Positions 49,826 through 62,006 of a stretch of DNA of 64,000 nt are shown here, piece after piece. The stretch comes from Felis catus (taxonomy: Eukaryota): positions 35,900,001-35,964,000 of the forward strand of contig NC_058368.1 of assembly GCF_018350175.1 (NCBI RefSeq), given 5' to 3'. Each line of letters opens with the position of its first letter. The stretch's first letter is position 1. A program made the position numbers and the translations under genes. The notes under the pieces were generated by a model. The model was not told the origin of the DNA, did not search any database, and saw nothing but the letters and a program-made list of their open reading frames with translations.

Positions 49826-51499
49826 AAAAAATATTTATAAATCTCTATATACAAATATACATATAAATAAATATATATGGTTATAGTCTTAGTTCAATAA
49901 AATGGAATGGAAGGGAAGCATGAAAAATCATATTGCGTAAGAATATGGAGTTTTGTTTTTTAAACTAGCTGTATATAAAATAACATTTGTTATTCTATTC
50001 ATAGCTTTTAATATAATATTCTAATATTCTGTTATATTAATAGCTGTTAATAAAACCTTAACGTATTTTGTTGCAAAATCAATTAGCGGGCTAATTTTCC
50101 GATACAATGTTTTCCAGTGAATGAATTCTTCAGAGAGCCACATGTAATGTTTGTGCCCAAAGACCAACAATATGTTAACCTTTGGCTCCCACTGTAGTGA
50201 AGCCATTGTGAAGTTATACTGATGCATATTTTCTCATTAGTTTTTTGCCACTCATGTCTCCCCTCTCTGTCAGTCTTAAATATAAGACAATAACGCACAA
50301 GAGTACATAAACTATTTGTCATGACAGCACTTAGTGTATTAATTAATTCTTTCTATTTAACTCAAATACCCAAATCTTTGCTGTACATTACTCATGATGG
50401 TAACACATGGTTCCTAGGCTATGCTCTTTTAATTTTATGTCTGTTTGTCAATTATTCACAACCAAGACATCTATTTAATTAGGCCTAGGGTGTTTCATTT
50501 ACTCTTCTCATTTCCAATTTTTTTTTTTTTTTGCTTCTTTCAAAGTTCTCTATCTGAACTACAAGAAGAGATTCCTTTTGCTTTCCTAGTCTATTTGATC
50601 TCTCTTCTAACATTTCATTAGCATTTCCCCTATCACTTCTCAAGAAATCTTACAGGTGGTTCAGTCATTTTTATACATCCTTAAGCTGTGAAACTTCTCA
50701 TTAAATAAATACAAGTTCAAAAACACATAAAATCATTCTGAGTAAATATGTGCTCAGAACAGTTTATAAACTGTATAATCACTTTGCGCTATAAATCAGA
50801 TTAAAAAAAAAAGGATATTAGCAGCATAATATTAGCCATAGTCCTAATGTGTTAGGACAGTAGCAATGGCTAAAATTTATTAAGTGTCCTGAGGTCCTTT
50901 CTGAAGTGTTTTCCATTGATTTTTAAAATCCTCAGAAGATAATCATGAAATAGATATTGTTATTATCCCATTTTACAGATCACATTTTATGGATGACTAA
51001 ATCAGAGTTGAGGAAAAGTCCAACAATTAAAAGTAATGAGGTCACAATTTGAACTAAGGCAATTAAATTCTAGACTTGATTTTTAACTGTTCTGCTATAC
51101 AGAAAATACTTTATTTTTACAACTACTACCTGTCAGCAACTACGTTTAAGTACACGGATGTAGTTTTCACATAATGACTTTCTTATATTCTCGCCTAGTA
51201 CAATTACATATGGCCAAACCCAGGGGAATAGATGTAAGTATTCTGGGCGGATGGCTGTATGACAGATAGATATGCTACCATATTTTTTAAATGAACATTT
51301 AAATTTAATGAGTTAACACACCATTGAACAAAACCACATACTTAAAATACTATGTTTTACTCCACTAATCCAATTTCTTATACATACACATATTTGGGAA
51401 ATACCTAGAGAAAGGACAAGTAAGTCTAAGCTTCAAATGTAACAAAAAGCACAAGGCAAACATTGGGAGGGGACACAGATTATTTCTTTCTTTTTTTTT

Positions 51500-52280
51500 T
51501 TTTTTCCTTGATAACTAATCCATCATTCTGTCAACTCTCAGATTCTGACACCAATTGGGTAATCTTCCACTTCAATTCTGACACTAACTACCTAGAGTTA
51601 ATGCGGACCCCCACAGGCTTAAGGACTCAGCTCCAGGAGACTGCCCTCACTTCAGAAGACCATCACAAGTCCCAGGGATCACCCATCACCCACGCTTCTG
51701 ACTAACTAGCTATAGATTCAGGGGTTCCCATGCCCCCCCTCCTGCTTATTTTCCATAACTTGATGTTTTACAGAATTCAAAGTACCAAACCTGCTATTAC
51801 AGTTTTATTGTAAAGGACGCAATTCAGGAAGAGCCAAAGGGAAGATAAACACAAAGAACGGGGGTGGAGGGTAGTACAGAGTCTGCATGGTTTCTATGGG
51901 CAAACCCCAGCACATCAATCTGTTTCCAAAACAGAAGCTTCCCCTCAGCCTCACTGCTTCAGGGTTCTTACTGAAGCTTTGTTACACAGGCATGATTGAT
52001 CAAATCATTGGCCATCAGTGACTCAAGTCTATCTCTAGTCCCTTTCCCCTCCCTGGAGGTCACAGGGTAGACTGACAATTCTAACCCTGTAATCACAGAC
52101 TTGTAGCCTCTGGTGACCAGTCCCCCATCCTAAAGCTGTCTAGGGTCCTCCCCCTACATCTACCCGAGTCATCTCATTAGCATACAAAATAGGCTCTTAT
52201 CACTTAAGAAATTCCAACGATTTCAGGTGCTCTATACCAGGAATCTGGAAAATGACCAAACACATATTTTTAAATATACC
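51500..52280. mobile_element. MER21-like ERV solo LTR
   Basis: tcaattctgacactaactacctagagtta...gaccccacaggcttaaggactcag...gactgccctcacttcaga...gagtcatctcattagcatacaaaa...aaattccaa...atgaccaaacacatattt. Confidence 0.8.
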
Positions 52281-53639
52281 ATATGGATATATAGAAGTGC
52301 ATGTCTGGAGAGAAGGCAGAACTCCAGTACCTGTGAGGAAGTATAAAAAAAAACCAAAAAAACAAAAAAACAAAAACAAAAAAAAGTACATTTTGATTCA
52401 TGAGCTGTGTTGCTCCCAGCTGTCTAACAGCCTGGGTCACCCTCCGAAAAGCCATCCCAATGAGTGATGAGCACTTCCCAGTGGGAAGAGAAAAAGGCTT
52501 AAGAAAGAAGCCTGTGAGCCTTTTCCAACTGTCTGTTAGCCAGCGGGTCAGCAACTATATTCTATCATTGTGATGTGGAGTTGTTCCTCACTGGCTCAAC
52601 TTCCACATCAGTGAAAGGGTTAGAAGCCTATCTTCTATTTTTACCTCATGGGTATTTCATAAAAGATCAAATTGTATAACATATGATGAGGAATTTTTTT
52701 AAGAGGGTGCACCGTGCTGTGTTATTCTTAGAATTCAATAAGAAATGAAGAGCTTAAAGGCTAACATTAGTAATACTAGAATCAAAAAGTAAAGATAATC
52801 ATCACCATCAGCATCACCATTAGGCCAGAACAGTGTTGTGAAAGTCAGGCTAAAAAGAAAAGTTGCTAATTTCAAGAATACAATATTCAGAGAGTTTGGG
52901 CATATTCAAACTTTTAATGCTGATGTCATAAAGAGCAAGTCAGCGGTCTTAAGAAATGTTTCTTGCAGCTTCTCTACAGATGGAAAGCCATTATTTATGC
53001 TTTATTAGCAGTCTCTGGTTACATTATTTGTACATTATGGCTAAGAGGATTTAAGTATAAGTGACCAACTTTCACTGGTTTTTAAATAAGGACCAAAGTA
53101 CACTTCCAAGAGAAAAAGATGTGAGCAAATTCTAGGCTTAAAAAAAAACAAACAACAACAACAGCAAAACCATAATGTCTGGGACATCCGATGGGTAAAA
53201 CTAAAGAATATGTAAGAATTTCTTTGGTGTCTTTCTTTTTCAGCAATTCTATTTCCACAGATAATTCCTTTACATATCCTCAAACATAATTTTAACCACA
53301 CTGTTCATAAGTGTCAAGTTTTTTTGAGGTCAGTGACTATATTTTTATATTAGAAATCCCAGCTACAGTGGCGTTTAATTGTACACCCTCAAAAAAGTGT
53401 TAATTTACTGGTGCCTCTGTGTGTGACCTGTATATGAATTTTATCTTTCAACATTGTCACATTCCTTGACCAAGAAATTAATCTTATTTTTTTTTATTCC
53501 TTTCCATTATTTGGAAGTAAAAACAAAAAACGCAGTCATCATCAAACAGAGTGGACTAGATTATTTTAAGGGCAATTTCCACTTTTGCATTTTACTCTAT
53601 TAATATTCAATCAGATGGGATGTCTGAGTCACCTCAGAT

Positions 53640-54405
53640 GTCATGTGCATCTGCCCCCAGGGCAACTGCCCATCTGTAATCTCCACACCCCAGTGGGTGG
53701 CAGAACCTTGAATTCTGTTTCTTGTAGAGACCTGCTAGTCTTTACCCTTCCCTCTCCTGTAACCTCAGATCCAATCATGACCTCGCTGGCATTTTGTTTA
53801 GCACATAGTATTTGACTTCTTGCTTGCTTGAGCACCATTCAAGTCTTCACTCTTCTCGGATCTCTGGTCTCCTTTTTTTCTTCAGTGCCTTTCCCACACT
53901 GTATGGAGGAGTTTCCAGACAAACACTAATGTAAAGATGTCCTTCCTCTGCTTAAAACCAGCCAGTAAACTGCTTTCGTGACAACATCTGAGCTCCACCC
54001 ACAACCTGGATTTCCTCTATTTCACATTCCGCTACATTTTACTCTGAGAACAACATCCTGCTTCTAGTTTCCCTCCCCCATCCCTCGACATCCACCCTGT
54101 TAGGTACTGATGCTGAAAAGAACAGACTATTTGCCTTGTCACCTCAATCACTCCTACTCATACATAATAACAAGAGTCAAAAACTCTAGCTAGTCCCCCA
54201 GTGAGATGCCCTCCCCACCCATCATACCTGGTAATTATATTTATCCTTGCAATTACTACACTCCATTACTTTTATCTTTGTGTGTGCCGTCCTCTCCCAA
54301 ATGACTAGGAATTCCTTGAGGGAAGATACCGTATTTTACTCGTCTTTGTATCTTCACGTACATAATGTATTGCAGACACTCAAATATTTGCGGAAGGAAT
54401 GGATT
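53640..54405 (+). mobile_element. Fragmented L2 relic
   Basis: cttcctctgcttaaaacc...actaggaattccttgagggaagataccgtattttactcgtctttgtatc...agacactcaaatatttgcggaaggaatgga. Confidence 0.55.
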
Positions 54406-55949
54406 TTGGATTTAGCTTTAACCTCTTGAGGTTAATAGAGTAAACATCTAAAACCTTAAAATCCAACACACATATTGGTCTTCAAGTGCCTCGTCATTAT
54501 GGTAATTATCCATTAGAGAGGTTAACCATAAAAGTTAAGTCACAACTATAAATATTTAAGTTTAAAGGAATCATGAATATAAGCATTCTGCAATGCAATG
54601 GCCTCCATGATTTGCTAAGACTTCAAGTAAGAGTGTAGGAATTACATACATTTAAATAATCTTTGTAATTAAATAAAAATCCTCTGTGAATAACTCCTGG
54701 AGATGCTGGTTATTATTTCATAACAAGCTTACTAAGAAATGTCACATTCATTCTTACATCTCATGATACATTCTGGGGAAACTGATTTCTTTAAAGAACG
54801 CTTAAACAACTTATTAGCATAAAACAATTCAAACATTCAACCTAAATTAACCTTCCCTTGCTCACAAACACGGCTGTTTTATGAGGGCCACAAACTAGGG
54901 GTTAAAGCAATTCCAGGCTCCCAAACAAATAACGGTGTTTTTTAAAAACCGTACGAATATTTTATAAACGTGAGTTAAAATAAAAACCAAACAGTAACTT
55001 AAATGGGCAAGATGGACAAAAACCTCAGCAGCATTTTAAAAAGCTCAACATTCGGTAGGCCTGTAACAAAATCTAAGTTCTAGAATATCGTTATGAAACC
55101 CATTATCATTTTGAAAAAGGCTAAAACTGAAGTAAGAGGACAGAAAAGTACAAACTCAACGTGAATTGCAGCTTGGTTCATGACAGGCAAAGGTAAACTG
55201 AAAGAAGCAGTGGGAACCGAGTGACCAGTCACCCTCCCCAAGCGCTGGCCTTCCACTGTGCAGCGCTTCTTCTGTCTCATTGTTCTGACTGTGAATGGGA
55301 CCCCTTAGGATAAATTGCTCCAACTTGCATTCCTTAACTTACCATATTATATGCAATGAGAGTTTTGTGGTTATTATTATTCTTTTTCAACATCACACTG
55401 CAAGAGAACAGCCGATGTTTGTATGGAACGTGGGAAGAGGTAAGAGAGAAGAAAAGTCCTATTTGTAAGGATGAACGTAGCCAATCAAAGAGCTCCCTTG
55501 GATCAGTTCGGCTGAATGGTCCTCCCCCCACACCCCTCCTTACTCTCCCTCCTCCTCCCCAACCCCCAACTCTGAGGGATAGAAGCAGCCTTGTCCTCTA
55601 CAACCATGAAGAGAGTGTTAAAGGTAAATCAGCTCTTTAGAAAACAGTATTAGTGAGACCAACCTATTTAATAGATCACTATTACCTATAAAAATTTGAA
55701 AATTCAAGAAAATTCACGATGTTCAAGAACATGGTAAATATTATACAAAAAAGGTCCATCATAGAGATGTTTGTAACAATATTCAAAGCATTCCCTCATG
55801 AAAATGGTTTTGTGTGCCTGTGTATGGGAAGGGAGAGGCTACCACTTTTACTGTGTCCTCATGGCAAATATGAAGCATAGGTCGGATCATGTGTGAATTC
55901 TAAGACAAATTTTCACATATGACTAGGAGAGACCATGCAATCTCACACG

Positions 55950-56800
55950 TCCTGGACTGCTTATCTCTAGACTTGAAAAATTTCATTTTTCTCCCGCACA
56001 TCTATCTTCCACCCGAGCTCCAACTGCCTATTGAACATCTTTCCTTGATATTTAGTAGGCATCTTAAACTCACACTTTCAAATTGGAACTTCTCTTCCTC
56101 CTTGAATCCACTTCTACATCTCAGTATGTGATTGGTGTTGTGACTCCTCTTTCTGTCGTACCCAACACACCCAACCTTGGACAAAGTCTTGCTGGTTCTA
56201 CCTTCAAAGTCTGAATACTTCCCACCACAGTTGCTACCTCCTCCTTCTGGTCCCAGCCAACATGCTTTCTCCCCTGGATGATTATTACAGCATCTGAGTG
56301 GTTTCACTGCTCCTGCATTGTTCTATATTTTTTCCCTGAGCACAGAAGCCAAAGCAAGCCTTTGAAAATACAAGTCAGATGCCACCCTGCTGCTCAAAAC
56401 CTTTCTAATGGCTCCCTATCTCAGAGTAAAGTCAAAATCCATCTAATGATGAATCATGTCCTATAGAATCTGTTACTTTTCTGGCCTTACCTTCTTTTAT
56501 GCCTTGCTTCCTCACACGTCCCTCACATTTTTTTTCACAAAGGCCACCTTCTCTAGGGGGCCTTCTCCGACCACTCAACATTAATTGTGGGAGAAACAAA
56601 ACAAAACCCTACCCTGGAATTCTAGAACTAACCATCTAACAAAATATACATGGACTTCTTCATTTGGCACATGTTCTGGAAAATGGAAACTTCAAGAGAG
56701 CAGAGACTTCTTCTGTGCTCATGGCCCTATCCAGAATCCCAAACTGTGTCTGGACAGAAGAGACACTCGATAAATGGCTCTTCAAATAATGAATGAATCA
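55950..56800 (+). mobile_element. L2a-like LINE relic
   Basis: tccaactgcctattgaacatctttccttgatatttagtaggcatcttaaactca...ctcaaaacctttctaatggctccctatctcagagtaaagtcaaaatcc...aatgaatgaat terminus. Confidence 0.8.
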
Positions 56801-57000
56801 ATCTTATTTAAGCCACTGCTTCATTTCTTCCCTCTCAAAATCAAGTCTGATCTTTTCCAACACAAGTGCTTAGCACACTGTCTGCTACACAGTGAGAATT
56901 CAACAAAATTTTTGGAAAGATTCCTTTCCTTCTAGGGTCAAAATATATCCACAACTATTAATGAGCACTAGTACTTTTTCCCTTTAAATATGTAGCTTGA

Positions 57001-57142
57001 GGGGCGGCACCTGGGTGGCACAGTCGGTTAAGTGTCCGACTCTGGATTTTTGGCTCCATACTGGGCGTGGAGCCTGCTGGAGATTCTCTCTCTCCTTCTG
57101 CCCTATCCCCCTGCTTGCTCACTCTCTCTCTCTCAAAAAAAA
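57001..57142 (+). mobile_element. Internally deleted older CanSINE
   Basis: The head joins the 3' half directly at a single GGCTC (57052-57056); compare the intact copy at 35316. Confidence 0.85.
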
Positions 57143-58019
57143 GGTTAGTTTGACAGACACCTGCTCAGAAACTGTCCTAACAGTGATACACATATTCACA
57201 TGAACAAAGAGTCTCGTTGCTGATCAATTTTCAATCTATACTAGAAGATGACCTCTTCTGAGGGGAGAGGGGAAGGTTATCCAGACTACATTTTCTTTAG
57301 GTTTTTCTATGAATACAAATATCTTTTTCGATGTTTCTAGCAACTTATATCATTTATCGTGTTACTTCATGTTTCATATGGAAATGGAAAACATTCCCAA
57401 GTAACTAATTCCTTAATAATTCTGGGCCGGTAAATTTGTGTTTTAAACAACATGCAGACACCTCCAGAAAAAAGTAAGTCCAAGTCAAAGAGGTGCTGGA
57501 CCCTAGCTATTTTTTACAGGCTTTTAATAGTAGAAGCCCTCTTTCAAAAGAAATCTTATTATTGAAGTTCAAAAGAGGAAATAAAAATAGTGACTCAGGC
57601 TGAGGCAGAAGAAGGAAAATAAAACTCATTTTCCAAATTCCATTTCTCTATGCTAGTATGTTCAACTAGCAAAATTGCATTGTGTTGTGCATTTATGATT
57701 TGTGAAGTTTCCCACATCTATATCATTCTTTAGGTTTTAGAAAAGTAAATAATATTTTAGAAAAGTAAATAATATTTTCAATAACATAAATCTATGCAAT
57801 TATTAGCTTTGTATTCTAAAGCTTGCATAAGTTTCAGGCAAGACACAGTGGGATCTGTTCAAATAATGATTCAGAATACATGTTAAAATTATGTAATTAT
57901 ATGACTCAGAGAGACATTTTTATCTGCATCATTAATGATAGACTAGGCAGATGTGTGTCAACAAGAAATTATCATTGAAAAATAACAGCTAAAACTATAG
58001 CAAATATAGAGAATATTTA

Positions 58020-58245
58020 TATAGTCCTTACATGATGCTATTCAAGCTTTGTAAGTATTTACACATATTCACGTATAACCTCACAGCAAACCTCTGAATT
58101 AGGTACAACTATTATCCCCATTTTATAGGTAAGAACACTGAGTCCCAGTGGGGATAAGTAACTCATCCAAGGTTATAGCTCCAGCAATGGGCAGAGCTGG
58201 GGTTTGAACACCAGGTGTCTAACCTCAGAGTCTGTGACTGTAACA
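58020..58245 (-). mobile_element. MIR SINE relic
   Basis: aggtacaactattatccccattttataggtaagaacactgag...ggcagagctggggtttgaac is the reversed MIR core. Confidence 0.8.
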
Positions 58246-58609
58246 AAAGCTTCTCCCATAATACAATGCCTCTATAATCTAATTGGGATCACATTTTTAT
58301 TTTGCCTACTGAAATTATTTATTGGAGTTATTGTAACTCTCACTACTTGTTAATAAAAATTCCTTATATTCAGAGGCATATTATAAATTTCAGTTTTAAC
58401 TGCTGTAGTATTTGCATGTGACGATGAAAGGGAAGGGTATTTCACAAGCTCATCAACAACAGCCCTTAAACACCAAAACATTTCACAACATAATGACAAA
58501 CTCTTTCCATATATATGTCTATCTGTGTAACTGCACTTCACCATTTTACGATACTCAGAGATGATGGTGCTGTATCAGGGCAGCCATGGGAGTGAGGACA
58601 AGGACAACT

Positions 58610-59251
58610 ATAGGGAGTTGAATAGTATTCCTCCCACCCCCCAAATTCATGGCCATGTAGCACTTAAGCATGCGACTTATTTGGAAATAGGATCTTTGCA
58701 CAGGAAATCAGTTAAGGATCTCAAGATGAAATCACCCAGGATTTAGAGTGACCCTTAAATGACTGGGGTCTTTTTTTTCTTTAATGTTTATTTATATTTG
58801 AGAGAGAGAGAAAGAGAGAGCACAAGCAGGGGAGGGACAAAGAGAGAGAGGGAGACAATCCAAAGGAGGCTCCTGGCTCTGAGCTGTCAGCTCAGAGCCC
58901 GATGCAGGGCTCGCACTGACGGACCGTGAGATCATGACCTGAGCCAAAGTCGGATGCTTAACCGACTGTGCCACCCAGGTGCCCCTACTGCTGTCTTTAC
59001 AAAGAAAGGTGAGAGACACAGAGGAGAAGACAAGATGAAAATGAAAGCAAGCTTGCTGGCAGCCACCAGAAGTTAAGAGAGGCCTTAGAGGGCTCCTCGC
59101 TGAAAGCCTTCAGAAGGAATCAATAGTAACTACACCTTGATTTCAGACTTCTGTATTCCTGAATAGTGAAAGAATAAATGAATATATCTCTGCTGTTTAA
59201 AGGAACTTAATATGTGGTAACTGGTTTATGGCAGCCCTATGAAGCTAATAC
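58610..59251 (+). mobile_element. MLT1 (MaLR, MLT1B/C-like) solo LTR interrupted by a CanSINE
   Basis: gttgaatagtattcc...ttatttggaaataggatctttgca...ccaccagaag...caccttgatttcagacttctg...agaataaat...atggcagcccta...ctaataca. Confidence 0.85.
58771..58985 (-). mobile_element. CanSINE nested in the MLT1 LTR
   Basis: Reversed SINE; degenerate TSD actggggtcttt / actgctgtcttt. Confidence 0.92.
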
Positions 59252-59329
59252 AACTATTATGTCAAGACTTTACAAGCTGCATATAGCCTGGTTTCTGGAG
59301 AGTGGTTGGCAATTTCACCTGCAGCATCT

Positions 59330-60010
59330 GAGCAACCCCAGGCCTCTTCACCCAGTTGGCTACACGTCAACTGTGTGAGCAGTGACATTCAGCAGATGGC
59401 CGGAAGTGAGTTTATCGCATCCACTGCTTAGGTTTCTTCATTGTGCACAGATTGATTTTGTTAAGCTATCCTTCAGCATGCTCTCATTCTGAAATTTTCT
59501 TTCATCCACCTTGTTTATAATTTTCCACTTTATGTTGCAAAACTGAGGTGCAGTAAATACTGCTTCGCCGTCAGCAGTCTGAGAGCTCTAAGACCTTGGT
59601 TGTCACTGTTGATCCTGTCTTGTTACTTGATGTCCTGTTACTTGATGTTAGATATGGCTCATAGGTGACACTGATAGAACTGTTCGAGTAGCTATTTCAA
59701 ATCTGTAGCTGGCCAAAAATCTGCAAACACTGTAAACTGTTAGTTTCTTGAAAAGATTAATGCTGTATTGATGCCACTTTCAGTCTGCTAACCTCCAAAA
59801 AGATATAGAGGTCTTCCTGATGTGTTTTTCTTCTTCATCATCATCTATCAGCCCAAGCAGCAGCCGATTCAGGAAATGTTCTCAGCTCAGTATCTCAAAA
59901 AGCAATCTTGAGCTGGAAGTACAGTTCCTCCATGCCTCGTGTTCCTCAATGTCAGTCTAAAGAATCCTTAATCCTTCTAGGGACTTTGGCCATGGTCTCT
60001 CTGCATTCCA
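59330..60010 (-). mobile_element. Ancient RTE-clade LINE fragment (L4/MamRTE-type), C-terminal ORF region
   Basis: Minus-strand translation across stops and frameshifts gives DTELRT..EKHIRKTSISF..RLAD*KWHQYSINL..KKLTVYSV..LLEQFYQCHL*AISNIK*QDRI..KWKNYKQGG, collinear with the RTE post-RT motifs as I recall them. Confidence 0.72.
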
Positions 60011-60764
60011 TTATGCTGCTTTTCAAAACAGTTTATATTTGCACAGAGAAACAGTGCAATACAACCTTACACGCAAGTCTCCAGTTGAAACTTTTGATGC
60101 CAACTCTATACAGAAAATCCCTGGAAATAAACTGGAACAATTTAAATAAAATGCTATTCATCAGACAACTTGGACCTTGTGGCCCTTTTCCCAGTAGACT
60201 GTGCTCACAGTATACTATATATGTTTTTCGTAAATCCTGTATTTACCTTGTGAATGGCCCAGTTATATCTCATCCTACCTTTTTATGTTAAAAGTGTTAA
60301 TCTGAATATAAAATTGCACAAATACTGCCCTTTTAGGACATATATGCAAACCTGTATGTGACTTACATTTTGAAAAAAAATTTGTCTTTTATTATGTTTG
60401 GCTTGTAGTGACATTAAAATTATTTTACAATTCCTAAGTATACTTATTAGATGGGTACAGATTGTCAAATTAGATCATGGAGACCTAGCTACATAGGAGT
60501 CATAAAGTAGCTTCCCAGGTATAACTTGTAATTTTACCAACTATCTGCAGAGTCCTGCTACACAGGTAGGAGACCCCAAATGTTTTCACTATTTCTATAG
60601 GATGATGCAAAAAAAGGCACAATCATCCATCCACACTTCCCTTTCAGAAAAGGGTCAACAGAGAACTCAGAGTGTTACTAGCCTTTATTGGCTACTTGCT
60701 TATAATAAAATTACAACTACTCAAGTAGCAAAACAGGGGTAGGTGGTAAAGAAATATACACAAG

Positions 60765-61224
60765 GGGGCGCCTGGGTGGCTCAGTCGGTTGAGCGTCCGA
60801 CTTCGCTCAGGTCACGATCTCACGGTCCGTGAGTTCGAGCCCCACATCAGGCTCTGTGCTGACAGCTCAGAGCCTGGAGCCTGCTTCAGATTCTGTGTCT
60901 CCCTCTCTCTCTGGCCCTCCCCCCGTTCATGCTCTGTCTCTCTCTGTCTCAAAAATAAATAAATGTTAAAAAAAAAAATTAGGGGTGCCTGGGTGGCGCA
61001 GTCGGTTAAGCGTCCGACTTCAGCTAGGTCACGATCTCGATCTCGCGGTCCGTGAGTTCGAGCCCCGCGTCGGGCTCTGGGCTGATGGCTCAGAGCCTGG
61101 AGCCTGTTTCCGATTCTGTGTCTCCCCGTCTCTCTGCCCCTCCCCCGTTCATGCTCTGTCTCTCTCTGTCCCAAAAATAAATAAACGTTGAAAAAAAAAA
61201 TTAAAAAAAAAAATTAAAAAAAAA
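60765..61224 (+). mobile_element. Nested CanSINE dimer; the second copy (from 60982) is inserted in the A tail of the first
   Basis: One outer TSD aaagaaatatacaca (60748-60762 / 61225-61239) encloses both; inner repeat aaaaaaaaaaatta. Confidence 0.95.
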
Positions 61225-61631
61225 AAAGAAATATACACAGGGATACAGTGAGTAAAAACATTCTAATATACCAGTGTAAAAAACATTCTAAAATAAAATC
61301 TAGGAGATGCCATTGATCTAACCCTGAAATTAAATGTGAACATTCATGAATATATTTATTTAGATTGCCTCAATATTTCCTCATATATGTACTAATCTGT
61401 GTCATGTCTATTCAAAAAAGGAATTGAGGCATACTTGCAATTATGTAAAATCATGTGATAACTCATGGTTTGCACAAAAGGCTTTGATATCCCTAAATTG
61501 ATTGCTAGTGAACATCTAACACAGCAGGTCTATGACTGTTTAAGTGATCTGATAAAGTAAAAAATCATTCTGTATAGGCTACTCTATTCTATAGCCAAAA
61601 AACCCTCAGCAAGAAAAATGTCTTAAGTTAT

Positions 61632-62006
61632 TCTATTAGTTTGCTAGGGCCACATCACAAATGCCACACACTGAGTGGCTTAAACAACAGAAACTTATTT
61701 TCATATAGTTCTTCAGCCCAAGACCAAGGTGTCAGTAATCTGTTTTTTTCTGAAGCCTCTCTTCTTGGCTTGCAGATAGATGGCTACCTTCCTGCTGTCT
61801 CCTCACATGGTCTTGGGTGCATGTGAATCCCCATTGTCTATCTGTCCAAATGTCCTCCTCTTATAAGGACACAAGTTAGATTGGATTAGGGCTGACCCTA
61901 CGAGCCTCAATTTACTCATCACCTCTTTAAACCCACATTCAATCACATTTGGAGATACTAAGGATTAGGGCTTCCACATATGGAGACAGAATTCAGTTCC
62001 TAGTAG
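61632..62006 (-). mobile_element. MLT1A-like MaLR solo LTR
   Basis: tattagtttgctagggc...gtggcttaaacaacagaaacttattt...aagaccaaggtgtcag...cctcttataaggacac...attggattagggc...aattcagttcc. Confidence 0.85.

Noticed and set aside
55330..55338. Perfect U12 branch motif TTCCTTAAC on the plus strand
   Set aside because: It is antisense to DIAPH3, and I found no matching plus-strand U12 donor or exon. It overlaps the reverse complement of the GTAAGT donor of the candidate poison exon.
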